Shown piece by piece: positions 39,590 to 52,616 of a DNA stretch of 64,000 nt. Position numbers and translations under genes: made by a program. The notes under the pieces were generated by a model, which was not told where the DNA came from, searched no databases, and saw only the letters and a program-made list of their open reading frames with translations. Source of the stretch: Eledone cirrhosa (Eukaryota); assembly GCA_964016885.1 (NCBI GenBank), contig OZ024741.1:298096001-298160000 (forward strand). Reading direction: 5' to 3'. Every line of letters begins with the position of its first letter. The first letter of the stretch is position 1.

Positions 39590-40125
39590 GTGTGCACATC
39601 GGTTCCCTCAGCACACTGCCTTGCACAACATCATCAGGAATCTTGACGCAGCCTCGACTGTGGTGATGGTGAGCGTCCAGATGGGATAAACCTTTTCCTG
39701 TTTGAGGGAGGTAAATCTTTAATCTGGGATGCTATGTGCTATGTTCTCCGCCTTCGACCTTGTTGTTTTGGCCACTACCACATGTGCGGAGAAGAATATA
39801 GTCAGATACCAGGATTTGACTGATTGCTTCTGTTTCAGGCCAGTTGCCATTGAGTCCCCTCGTATCCTAGATTCCCGAATTGTCATTTTCCTCTTTAAGG
39901 GTGGAAGGAGTGCATCTTGTTTGGAGAATGGTGGCTGTTGTAGCGGGGAGCACTAGCTGTTTTCCGCGGCAATGTCTTTGCCATTTTATCTGCGAGACGT
40001 AGCTGAGATATTCCGCTTAGACAGGAGTGTAGAGTCTGCTGCTCCTTCCCTTATTTCCCTACTTCCTCTTTTTCTTTTTATTGCAAACATTATATAATCC
40101 AATTGAAATTGGTTGAATAAAATAT
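39590..40125 (+). mobile_element. CRE-like non-LTR retrotransposon 3' end (RLE domain and poly(A) signal)
   Basis: With frameshifts: H..LHNIIR..DCGDGERPDGINLF..GGKSLIWDAMC...AEKNIVRYQDL...FRPVAIES...LAVFRGNVFAILS. AATAAA at 40116. Confidence 0.75.
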
Positions 40126-40632
40126 TTATCTGATTGAGAGTGCAATATCTTCTCTCGGCCTTTCTTTTTTCTCTGATTACTTTCTTAGGCAAAGAAATCT
40201 TGGGCAAAGATTTCTTTTTACTACACCCACTGCATAACGTTTTTTCTGCTACCAAGGACCTTAACTTGTCAACGGTGTTATGTACGCGGGGAAAAATTGT
40301 CAACAACACCGCCGAGTTAGTAGCTTTATAAATTCTGTTCATCAAATTTAATCATGTTTATTCAGACTAACGAGCCTACATGTTTCAACATCGGCATTAC
40401 ATTACCTGCATAATTTTATATTTCATCACAAGCTACGCTACATCCTGAATTTATTGCCCGTAATATTCCAGGACAGGGGAAATAAGTTTTTTTATCACCG
40501 ACCAATGAGTTTTTCTGATCTTTCATAACTTTCTAGTTTACCTTTAAAAATCTAAATCCCGTACTGTTTGAATTGCATACGCAGAACACATTATTTACTT
40601 TTCTACGATTCATTGTGAACAATCCTTACTAG

Positions 40633-40667
<35 letters not shown>

Positions 40668-41354
40668 ACAAACACTTATATATATGTTAATTTGAAATTA
40701 GTAGAGCTGGCTTTAGGTTCTAACAGTGGCTATTTTTAACCCTGGTTGTTTATCGGACAATATGATTAATATTTTTACGAATTAATCAATATATATATTG
40801 ATATTAATGAATGTAGATTTCTGTCTCTGTGTTCGAAAAATAACACACACACACACTACTCGCGCTGACGGTAAATAAACCATAAAATCAAATATACCAT
40901 TTGCTTGTCAAAAATGCAAGTCCCCCCCCCCCCCTCATACTGTTGTAAACGTTGATAAATACATTACAAAACACACGCACAGATATACTTCCACAGTTTT
41001 CGACTAGTATATGACCGCGCATTTTATTTTCTCCCATATCCTTTTTACATCTTGTTTTGCTTTACAGCTGTGCAGGCTTTGTATTCCTTTACAACTTGTT
41101 CGAACATTTCCTATCGGTCATGATGGACACTATTTTTAAGCTATATTTTCATTTTAACAGAATTAAAATCCCTTTTTGTCTACAGCAATTTATGTCCCAC
41201 ACGGAGAGGACCTAGTCAGCAACAAGCATTGTCATAATTTGAATACAACTTTACATTGCATATTTTCTGCTCATGTATATAGATACCCATGGTATATAAG
41301 AAAGAAAACTGAACAAGTATATATTATACTTAGAAACATTCCTTCAGAATTAGT

Positions 41355-42925
41355 ATGGAAGATCTTAATCCTGTGGACACTTCCAACGCAACTGTTTTCA
41401 ACAATATTGATAGAGTAACACGTATGTACAATGGTGAGAAACCTTTACTTAAGGAAACATTTACTAAACAAAAATCATTACACACAAATATTCTTGAATA
41501 TGCTGTGGGATTTGTAGGAAAACTTTCTCTTCAGAACATGAAGTTTTCAAGCACAAAGAAAAACACAATAGTGAAAAGCCATATCACTGTGAAATATGTG
41601 GGAAATCTTTTCCATATAACAGCAATTTAATAAGACACAAAAGAATGCACAATGGTAAAAAAATCTTCAACTGTGAAACATGCAGAAAAACGTTTCTTTA
41701 CAACAGCAATTTAACAATTCACAAAAGAATGCACATTGGAAAAAAAAGCTTTGACTGTGAAATATGTGGGAAATTTTTTGTGAATAACAGTAAATTAACA
41801 AGACACAAAAAAATACACACTTGGGAAAGACCATATCACTGTGAAATATGTGGGAAATCGTACTCTGTTAATTTTAGTCTTATAGTTCACAAAAGAATAC
41901 ACAATAGAGAAAAACCCTTCAACTGTGAAATATGTGGGAAATCATTCATTACAAATTCTAAGCTTACAGTTCACATACGTAGTCACACTGGAGAAAAACC
42001 CTGTCACTGTGAAATATGTGGAAAATCTTTTTGTGATAAGTCTAGTCTTATAGTTCACAAAAGAATACACACTAGAGAAAAGCGCTTCCATTGTGAAATA
42101 TGTGGGAAATCCTTCATTCAGAATTCTCATCTAATAGTTCACAAAACAATACACACTGGAGATAAACCCTATCAATGTGAAATGTGTGGGAAATCTTTCA
42201 TTGAAAATTCTAGGCTTACAGTTCATAAACGTATTCACACTGGAGAAAAACCTTATCACTGTGAAATATGTGAGGAGTCATTTATCACAAATAATCATTT
42301 AAAAAAACATAAAATAAAACACAATAGAAAACTACTGTTTTGCTGTGAAGTTTGTGGAAAATCATTCATCTCTTACAGTAATTTGACAACACACAAAAGA
42401 ATACACACTGGAGAAAATCCATTTCATTGCGAGATATGTGGAAAATCATTCCCTGCTAATACTAGTGTTCTTGTCCACAAACGTAGTCATACTGGAGAAA
42501 AACCCTACAAATGTGAAATATGTGGGAAATATTTTGTCTCCAACAGTGTTTTAACAAGACACAAAGCAATACACAGTGGAGAAAAGTCGTTTCACTGCGA
42601 AATATGTGGGAAATCATTCATTGCTTATGGTAATTTAAGAAGGCACAAAACAATACACTCTGAAGAAAAACCCATCCATTGTGAAATATGTGGCAAATCT
42701 TTTGCCAATAACAGTAATATAAAGAGACACAAAATAATACATACTGGAGAAAAAGCGTTTCACTGTGAAGTATGTGGTAAATCTTTTGTCTCTAATGGTG
42801 ATGTGACAAGACACAAAAGAATACACACTGGAGAAAAGCCGTTTCACTGTATTATATGTGGGAAATACTTTGCTTGTAGTGGTAATTTAACAAGCCACAA
42901 AAAAATACATGCTGGAAAAAAATGA
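41355..42925 (+). pseudogene. ZNF-D, paralog of ZNF-A with 17 fingers and a 1-bp frameshift at ~41502 (pseudogene, sequencing error, or 15-finger protein from ATG 41645)
   Basis: N-terminus MEDLNPVDTSN..VFNNID matches ZNF-A. tat-gctgt here versus tat-cgc-tgt in A. Restoring the C gives two fingers in frame with the intact ORF 41645-42925 (15 fingers). Confidence 0.8.
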
Positions 42926-43173
42926 CTTCACTGATAAATTAAAATTTTGTTTCACAAGCATAGTCATATTGGAGAAAATGTATATCATTGTGAAATATAT
43001 GGGAAATCATGATTCTAGTCATGTTGTTTACTAAGGGATAGTCACTTGAGAAAAACCTTATTACTGTGAAATATGTGGGAAATTATTATCTGATGATTCT
43101 TCCCTTGTAGCTGACAAACATAGTCAACTTTCTACTGTAAAATATTTGGGAAAACTTTTGTCTATTATAGTTA

Positions 43174-43534
43174 CTCTCGGGTCTCGAATAATGCCACACT
43201 CCTCTCCCACATATTAATTTTTTAGATTTTTTCCACCCATCCCCCTCCACTCTTATTCCAATTCTCATGCCTATTAAATTTTGCTAATCTATCTCTGGCG
43301 AAATTATATTTTAAGTGATAGCATTCCTGTAACAATTTTCTTTAAACATTAAAAAACATTATACATGACAAAAAAAAGAACATTACAAGAAATTCCATAT
43401 GTTATAAAATAAATAGAATGAGTTGGGGGTCTCAATATGTAAACGAAACGACTAATTTTGGATTTTAAAAAAATCAAGGGAGACAATCTAGAAAATTTAC
43501 TGATTTTTCACTCCCTCCCTTTGGGACTCAAGAG
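43174..43534. mobile_element. TA-flanked MITE inserted in a decayed terminal finger of ZNF-D
   Basis: TA|ctctcgggtctcga ... ttgggactcaagag|TA. Removing it rejoins sequence homologous to the ZNF-A C-terminus and 3'UTR. Confidence 0.75.
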
Positions 43535-44748
43535 TATTTGGAAATACAAAGACCTACACAACAGGGGTAAAACTTTTAACTGAAACTTGAAAAATTCTCT
43601 TGCAAATGTAAATAAATATTCCAACAATAAGTACACACTGGAGAACATTTATCCTGGTGTAGTATGTAAGGAATCTTCCTTGGCATTAATAGTTTTATCA
43701 TCCACTCACCTTTGAAAAATATCTATTCAGTGATATTTGGCATTAAATTTCTTACAGACATTCTCATTAATCATAATAGGAAAAACATTTATCGGCAACA
43801 CTCCTAAATTAATATCTTTGTAACTTTAGCTAATCTAATTACATCTTGTATTGAATCCTGCACCTAGACCATATATCTCTACTTGCTTCTCAGAAATGGA
43901 CCTAGATGTACTATTGCTCCTATGATACACTCCTAACCACACTTATTTATAACAATGAATATTGATATTTGTTATTATAGCTTCTTTATGAAATACTGCA
44001 ATCATAGAACCTTTATACTGTCCCCTAATGCACTTTCTATCTAACCTAAGGTAATTTTTAATATACTACAGGTCTCAATCCAACTGAAGTTATCCAACAA
44101 CTTAATTATTAACTGTAATCACTATTACCATACAGCCAAATATAGGAAGCCTGTCCCACTATAATTCTATTAAATCATTCATTTTTATTTTAAGCTCGCA
44201 ATAGAATGCGCTCAGCCCACTCAATAAATTGGTAGTACTGGTGCCACGATAAAATACACTCAGTTCACACTATAGTGGTTGTGCTAGTGCCATCAATAAA
44301 GCACCCAACTCACCTCGTCAGGTGGTAGTGGTAGTACCATGAGAAAATGAACCCAGAACATGCTGTGAGGTGATTGGCATGAATGGCATCCAGATGTAGA
44401 AATCCTGCCAATATAGAATGTGTGAGCAAGATGCAGTTGTCTGGGCTACCTGTTTAGCCTCAGAGTGTGACAACCTGTCTAACCCATGTAAGTGTAGAAA
44501 ATAGATGTAAAATGGTGATGATGATGATGATTACATTTAATTTAAGATGAAATTGACTGATTTAAGTATGATAGAATATCCTACCTCATTCTCATTTAAT
44601 ATAATTTGCCTATCACATAACTATTGAATTTATATTACTTTTAATTTCAGTTTAATGTAAGTTACATTTATTTAATATAAAATGGATGTGCTTGATTTCA
44701 GAGGAATCCTACCTGATTTTCATTTAATATAAATTATCATAGATAAAT

Positions 44749-44895
44749 GGAGGCACATGGCTTAGTGGTTAGAGCATTGGCCTTGCAATCGAAAGGTTGT
44801 GAGTTCAATTCTCAGACCGGGTGATGTGTTGTTTCCTTGAGCAAGACACTTTATTTCACACTGCTCCAGTTTACTCAGCTGTAGAAATGAGATGA
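44749..44895 (+). mobile_element. tRNA-derived SINE family 2 head
   Basis: A box tggcttagtgg, B box gagttcaattc, then the ccttgagcaagacactt core. Related copies at 51620-51820 (+) and 51850-52327 (-). Confidence 0.75.
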
Positions 44896-45984
44896 TAGGG
44901 ACTGGGGTCCCTATCATTCCACTGTAAAGTGGTCGTGGAGGTGTCACGGCAAAAAAAACACCCAGCACTCACTGTAAATGAGGTTGGTGTTAGGAAGGGC
45001 ATCCAGCTGTAGAAATCAAGCCAGAATCAGTTCCCGTCCCACCCTTGCAAGCAGGGAAAAGCGGACGTAAAATGAAATGATGAATGATGATAAATGAAGT
45101 ACATGGATGATGATTGATGGGTGAAAAGGTGTCAAGAAATGCCAGTGGGTGGAAGCCACAGTAGAAGCAGACCAAGAAAGACCTGCGCAGAGTTGGTGAG
45201 AGCTGACCTCAAATCACTGAAACTCACAGAGGAGATGACGAAAAAATGCAGCCAAGGGAGAGATGTTGTGTTGAAAAGAACCTGTCTAACCCATGCTAGC
45301 GTGGAAAAACTGATGTAAAAATGATGATAAATCATCACTTAACAGATGTTACATGATAATAATGTAATGAATGTCATGTAGATTCACTAATTAGAAGTGA
45401 GTGAAACTAACATTAATGTAATTTATATTGTGCCTTTGAGGAAGGATGAAAGTGACTAAAAGAAGTGATGGAATGTGAAAGGTCGTAGAGGAAGTGGAAA
45501 ACCAAGAAAGACATGGCTAAAGATGAAAGAAATAAAAGCCAGGGGTTTGGTGAGAGCAGGATGCAGATGGAGGAGGAAACTGGAGAAGCTTGACATGTGG
45601 CCTACTAGGTTCACTTTGCTTTAGCAAGGAGGATGGCTTTAATATGATTGTTGTACTTGTATACTGTACTAACCAAAAGTATCATTAGTTTAACTAACAT
45701 TAAGTATAATCACAATAGAACAATTTAATTTTAATTCAATTTATATTTAATTAATTGAAGATGAGTATTGGTGATCTACATTATAAATGCATTCAGTACA
45801 CTGTAAAGTGGTTGGTGATAGGAAGGGCATCCAGCCATAGAAACTGTCAAAGTGGTTTGTCTCAAAATGCTGTCAGTAGAGTGCGATATTGTATGTAAGC
45901 AAGATGCAGGTCCCCAACCCATCAGGTCAGGAGCCCCTACTCAAGTGCCCACCTTTGCTAGCAAGTAAGATGGATGTTAACTGG

Positions 45985-46905
45985 TGGAAATGAGTATAAT
46001 TGATCTAAGTAGAATACCACCCTGGAATTCTGTACACTGTTCTACAATGTTTTTCAGTGTGAAAATTTGTTCAGTGCATGAGTGGTTAGAGCAGAGCCCT
46101 GCTTCCAGTGTTTCATCAATTCCCTGTCGGATCCTGTTCAGTAGCACAGTACAGAAAACTTTTCCTGGTACAGAGAGCAATGTAATTCCTCTCTAGTTGG
46201 TGCAGGCTCCTCGGTTTTCCTTTGTTGGAAGTTTCAAGATAACCCATCTCTTGTTTCCAGCACTTGTTGAGCAGGTTTGATGAGCATCAAATCTGGACAT
46301 TGCATGGCAGGCAGAACAAGACCTCAGCTGCAATAACTAACTACCAAGCTAAAAGAATAAGCAAGAAAGATCAGACCCAGAATTAATTGTGAAAAGATCA
46401 ATGTGAATGCAGATAAATTTCACATGTCATGAAGGCATGGATAATTTCTGCTACCTGTGCAGTCTGATTGGTAGTGAATGAGAGTGCTGTAAGGCAGGAT
46501 CTATGTTCCAACATATGTGTCAAACTATAGTGCAATAGTTTTGTATGGTAATGAAAGATGGAAAGTGACAGCCAGTGTGGCAAAGAAGCTAGACACTTTC
46601 CACCAAGGTTTCCTAGAAAATCTCAAAAGAAGAAATTCATTTGTGAAGCACGTCTCAGTCACTGAAAAATACTGTGGTGCTGCATTGGTTTTGCCTGCCA
46701 GCCACTCGGCAATACAAGATCTGTAATGTTATGGATGATGGAGAAAGGAATATAGTGAAGCATCTGGCTCCAGGAATATATTCCAGCAAACATTCCAGGA
46801 GTTCAGACACAGGAATTGGTTGCATAGGTGTGGGGAGAACCGTGGCAGATCGACTGTGCTGGCGGAAGCTTGCTGTCTTGTGCACTGCAAGGCATAGGAA
46901 GAAAT
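45985..46905. mobile_element. Second RTE family, 5' part inverted relative to 3' part
   Basis: 45990-46330 (-) reads RGITLLSVPGKVF..SCTEQIFTLKNIVEQ. 46330-46900 (+) reads LYGNERWK..KKLDTFHQ..WRKL. Confidence 0.65.
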
Positions 46906-49900
46906 AAGAACACCATTTCACTTTCACTAAATTTATATATTGATTTCTAATTTAAGCACAGGGCCAGGAAATTTGGGAGAAGGGCAAAGTTGATTATTTT
47001 ATTGACTCCCAGCAAGATGAAAGGCCATGTTGATCTTGGTGAGATTTGAACTCAGAATGTAAAGAGCCAGAGCACTACCATTTCTGCCAATCAATATTTT
47101 CCATTAAATACTCATTGTGCCAACAGAATCAAGGGATATAACTCAACACAAATCTGCTTTAATTAAAATAAATATAGTTAGTGTGAATCCTAACTCCTGT
47201 AATAATACTGTTTTTATAAATATCACTACACTCTAAATCCCAGTGTGTCTATATTTATGTAATTGTAACTACACTAAGTTTCACTGTCTTTAAGATTTGG
47301 AACAGTCTAGATAAATTAATTTGGCATCCGAAGAACTCTGAGTGGAATTTCCTGTTTCATTGCATGCATAGTCCCATAACGCCTGAGGAAGTCGTAGAGG
47401 TGCCATATTGACATATTGCGTTTCTATGGCATTTTTTAAAACCTGGCAGAACCCATCTCCTCAGGTTTGAATACAGCAGACTTTTTCCCAAGAAGGATAG
47501 AGAGTGAGAAAGAGATATAGAGGAAGAATTGCCTCCAGTATTTGACTGGTACTTTTTTTATCAACCTCGAATGGATGAAAGGCAGAATTGACCTTTCCTG
47601 TTTCATTAAGTTCTAATAAATATATAATCTCTAGTGGTAAGAAACTCTCAGGAGAGCTGGACAGCAGAATGTCTTCAGAGAAGAAATCCTCACTCAAGCA
47701 AGTGTTTTGGCTCTTAACTTGTACAGTTCGCTATTCTATTAACATGGTTGTATCTAGTGGAAAGGGGGTGGTAAGAGTGTGTGTATGATAGTGTTGATGG
47801 TTGTGAAAACAGCAAATGCTGAAATACTTTAGATCCTTACTCACTGCTATTGGAATGGTGTTGGCTGCCTTGCGAGGTGGGGTGGCTGTTCCAGCACATC
47901 TCCATCCTTCAGGGCAATGTATTCTCTATCCTGTCAGCCAGAGGGTAAGTTAGTTTGTGGTTGAGGATACTCGTTTGGACGTCACACATTTCCTGTTCTC
48001 ACCCCATTTTCACTCATAATTTTATGGTAAGAGTGTGTGTGCACGAGACAGAGTGGTAGTGGTGGTGCCCTGATTAAAAAAAAATTATACTGTGAAAAAT
48101 ATTGTTTATTTTTCCATTTTGGCAGTTTCAGTCATTTGTTAAATTTATTCAATTTATATGTAATTTGATTATGTACTGTGTATATTATTTGTGTATGTGT
48201 GTGCATATATATATATATATATATGGCTTTTTCCACCTTAAAGTATGTATATTTTCCTAAATATTTGCTTTATATATGTCTACAAAATACCATATATCAT
48301 TTCTATCACGATATATGGTTCTTTCTCTAAATTTGAATTAATGATGCTCTGAACCAAGGTCCATTGAGCTTATTTATTGAGAAACATAATCATCATACAT
48401 ATATATGATAAAACTGTACGACTTCTAATTCATTATTGGAAAGTTACTACTTTTCCAATTAAATATTTTAATACAAGTGGCACCCTGATATTTGACCTAC
48501 GACTTAATTAGATAAGTGATATATGTTATCTATTATTCTTAAATGATTTGTATTAATATTTTATTGATCGTTTTGGATTTTAATTAAACTCCGATGACTC
48601 CTATAGTTTATGCTAACAGTTTATGCTAACTAATAGCAAATTGTTAAATAAAATAATTTGCTGTGAGTGGTATATTACTATTGGAAGAAACAATTGTCAT
48701 TGATGAAATGTCTTGAACTTTTAATTTTGGTTTATAAGCACATTGTAACTCTATGTTGCCTCTGATTGATCCTATTATAGCATTGAACTAAAATACACCT
48801 AGTAAATGAGTAAAATCTACTCTCATTAATATTACTATTATATATATATTATCATCACCATTTTATGTTCATTCTTCCATGCTAGCATGGGTTAGAAAAG
48901 TTGTCCTGTTGTGGGCAATATTAGATCAGGTGACCATGCCTTGCTTATACAGAACTGATTTTGGCTTGGTTTCTACTGTTGGATGCCCTTCCTAATGCCA
49001 ACCTCATAGTAAGCACTGGGTGCTTTTTGTCGTGATGCCTACATGACCACTTTACAGTATGGACTAGGTACTTTTTGACGTGACACCTACACGACCACTT
49101 TACATATATAAAACTTACAAATGGAACACTTAAAATGTCTTATTGATTTTCAATATTTGGTAGTTATTTCTAATTAAACAGGAATTTCCATTAGGTCAGC
49201 TAGTTTTAATTAATTCTAGAAGCTTGAGAAATAAAGCACTCAGATGGTGACCATATTTTAAAATGAGAGTCATGGTTATTTTGCATGAATTTATTTTTCA
49301 GTTAATCATTTTGAAGATGATGTTTAGTCCTAGGCTAACATGAGGGAGCCATTCTTCAACCAAAGGTTTATCAACTGAGACTATCCTGTTTATATATATA
49401 TATATATATATAATGCTGAATAAGTCTTTCCAACTCTTTGTGTTCTGAGTTGTTCGGAACCAGACATAAAATCATGATAATGATGTATCTAAGTATGTGT
49501 GTATACCGTGGTGCTGTGCTAATTTCTTAAATGCCAGAATTGACAAAATACTTGCCATCATCTCTTTATATATGTTACACCCAACTATCATTGGTAGTTA
49601 AGACATTAATGAGATTATAGACTATCATTGTATTCCAGTGTATGCATGGTACAATAAAACATATAATTTATTTAATAATTTACAAATACATGCAGCCAAA
49701 ATGGGTTACTCCGAAAATGTGCATAGCTTGGGAATCAGGTAGAGTTGCTACTTCTCTGCATCAAGAGATCACAGTTCTGGTACTATGGACACATGGTTAG
49801 AATGACTAAGGAAAGAACCACAGGAAAGATTTTGCAGTCAAAGCCAACCTGCAGGAAACCCAGAGGTACACCATAAGCATGATGGCTGGATAACATCCAT

Positions 49901-50689
49901 AAGCTCAATTGGTCTCATTTGGAGATGATTTATTCTTCTTAATGCCAACCACTTTATAGCCCACTCATGCCAAGATGTATTGACTCCTGCCCTTACCTTG
50001 GATAACACTGGTGGCGTGAAGAGGGGAGATGTGCTGCATGGGCAACTGCCAATTTTCTATAAAACCCTGCCCAGGCCTGTGCGCTGGAGAGGACACTCCA
50101 GCGCCTCCTCATTGTGGCAGCAAAACATGGAAAGTAGTAGTCTACTGGTTATAAGCCTGCACATGATTGGCATATGAAGAAGGTTCACACTGTAAAGTGG
50201 TTGTGTAGGTTTCATGACAAAAAGCACCCAGTACACACTGCAAATGTGGTTGGCATTAGGAAGGGCATCCAGTCGTAGAAACCAAACCAAAATCAGTTGT
50301 GTATGAGCAAGACATGGTCATCCAGCCTGGCTTGTCAAAACCATGCCAGCTTGGAAAATAGTCGTTAATCAATGATGATAATGATTATATCAAATAATGG
50401 TTTCTCACATTGGCACAAGGCCAGCAATTTTGGGGGATGGGAAAATCAAATATATTTACCCTTTTGCTTAACTAGTATTTTATTTTATTGACTTCGAAAG
50501 GATGAAAGAAAACTGCCCGCAGCAGAATTTGAAACCAGAGCATTCTAGTCATCTTCATCATCACCGTTTAACATCCATTTTCCATGCCAATGAACTGTCC
50601 CATTGTAAGACAAGTCAGGTTGAATGAATGTTTCTTGCTCACACAGAACTGATTTTGGCTTGATTTTTGCGGTTGGATATCCTTCCTAA

Positions 50690-50920
50690 TGCCAACCACA
50701 TTTAGTGTGGACTGGATGCTTTTTGTCATGACCACTTTACAGTGTGGACTGTATGCTTTTTGTCATGACACCTACATGACCACTTTACAGTGTGGGCTGG
50801 GTGCTTTTTGTCATGACACCTACATGACCACTTTATAGTGTGGGCTGGGTGCTTTTTGTCATGACCACTTTACAGTGTGGGTTGGGTGCTTTTTGTCATG
50901 ACCACTTTACAGAGTAGGCT
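50690..50920. repeat. Tandem array of 36-48-bp RTE/SINE 3'-UTR units
   Basis: catgaccactttacagtgtgg(g/a)ctgggtgctttttgt repeated about 5 times. Confidence 0.85.
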
Positions 50921-51123
50921 GGGAGGTAGATCTGGGACATAGGTGAGAGGTGGGGGTGTTACGACATGGGAGGGGTATGGAAGGGGAAGGTGGCACATAC
51001 TAAACCTCAACCCATGCACCTGGGAAGGCTGGTCTTTTGTATCAAATATTAACAAATTATGTAGTTTCAAAATAAACAGTTTATCAAAATCAGTTTGGAG
51101 AAATGTGCAACTTCTATCATACA

Positions 51124-51315
51124 GTTACTCTATATATACTATTGTATTTTTGTGGTAAAGGCTTTATTTCACAATATTGAATCTATGAGATTTTGATATT
51201 TGTTTTGAGAACCATACCATAACATCAGTATAAGTGGCCAGTTATGGCTGGTTTGAACAGAAAGAGGTGAGACAATTCTGGCCGGATACAGCCTGTTTAA
51301 ATGCTAAAGGGTTAA
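51124..51315. mobile_element. piggyBac-type MITE, right end retained
   Basis: Ends aatgctaaaggg|TTAA; body homologous to 20627-20828. Confidence 0.65.
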
Positions 51316-51887
51316 GTTTGGGAATTCTGTACATTATGGTTAAGTCAGTACAATCTTTGCTTGCATGTACTACATATAGAACAACAGGAGAATAATTTGA
51401 ATTAATCAGCTTTATTTAAATTTCAGGCTTGAAAGAATATTGACAAAGAGTAATGTCAAAAGTCACAATTGAGATGATAAAAGGTTTTCAGAAAATTGGT
51501 GATATCTCATATGACAAACATGTCTAATACATAACATACAGAAATTAAAACATCCACGAGGATGACACAAATTATACCACCCACTTGGCATTTATATTAA
51601 GTTTAAATGTTACAGTGTGGAAGAGCGCGGCCCAGTAGGAAGGGTTTTGGACTTACTTCCTGGGCTGGGTTGTATATTGTGCTACTTCATTTCACATTGC
51701 TCCAATGAGTACCAGCAATAGCTGGGGGTTTAACCCTGTCCAGAGGGGAGACTTGTACTCTCAATCTCTTCATGCCACGAAAACCGGAATAAGCAGTAGC
51801 CTGATAAGCTTCGTGACTTGAGACATACTTTAGACTAAAAGAGTTCTTTCTGACTTATGTAGTGGCTCTTCGTCAGTTATAATGACA

Positions 51888-52195
51888 AATGTTCCAGTTG
51901 ATACAATCAAAGGAACAGCCTGCTTGTGAAATTAACGTGCAAGTAACTGAGCATTCCCCAAACATACGTACCCTTAATGTAGTTCTCAGGGGGATTCAGT
52001 GTGACAAGCCTGACCCTTTGAATTACAGGCACAATTCATTCAATGTTCCAGTTGATACAATCAAAGGAACAGCCTGCTTGTGAAATTAACGTGCAAGTAA
52101 CTGAGCATTCCCCAAACATACGTACCCTTAATGTAGTTCTCAGGGGGATTCAGTGTGACAAGACTGACCCTTTGAATTACAGGCACAATTCATTT
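51888..52195. repeat. 154-bp tandem duplication inside a family 2 SINE
   Basis: Units start at 51888 and 52042; only one mismatch seen (caagcctg versus caagactg). Confidence 0.9.
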
Positions 52196-52616
52196 GTCAG
52201 CTGATTGGACTGGAGTAACATGAGATAAAGTGTCTTGTACAAGGACACAACACGCCACCGAGAATCGAACTCATGACCATACGATTGTGAGCCAAATACC
52301 CTAACCACTAAGTCATGCGCCTTCACAGCTGACTTATGATGTCTCAGTTAAGTCACCAACCATCCTACAGAGTGTACTTAATTCAATTTATTCTCACACT
52401 AACACTAGAGTTGTTGTTTTTGAGTATTTTGAAATAATGCTTTTATTAAAAATATCAGTGATAAGTTATCTCATAAATGTAGATATAGCTGTAGTTATAT
52501 AAGATATGGTGTGGGAAAGTTGTCATCATACAGTTATATCTTCATTCCTATGTGAAGACATTTATAGTTATATAAAGTAGTATTTTATCTTAAAATTATT
52601 TTTTACATTCATATGG

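Noticed and set aside
44749-44825. tRNA gene
   Set aside because: A and B boxes run into a SINE core, and no complete cloverleaf or acceptor stem was seen.
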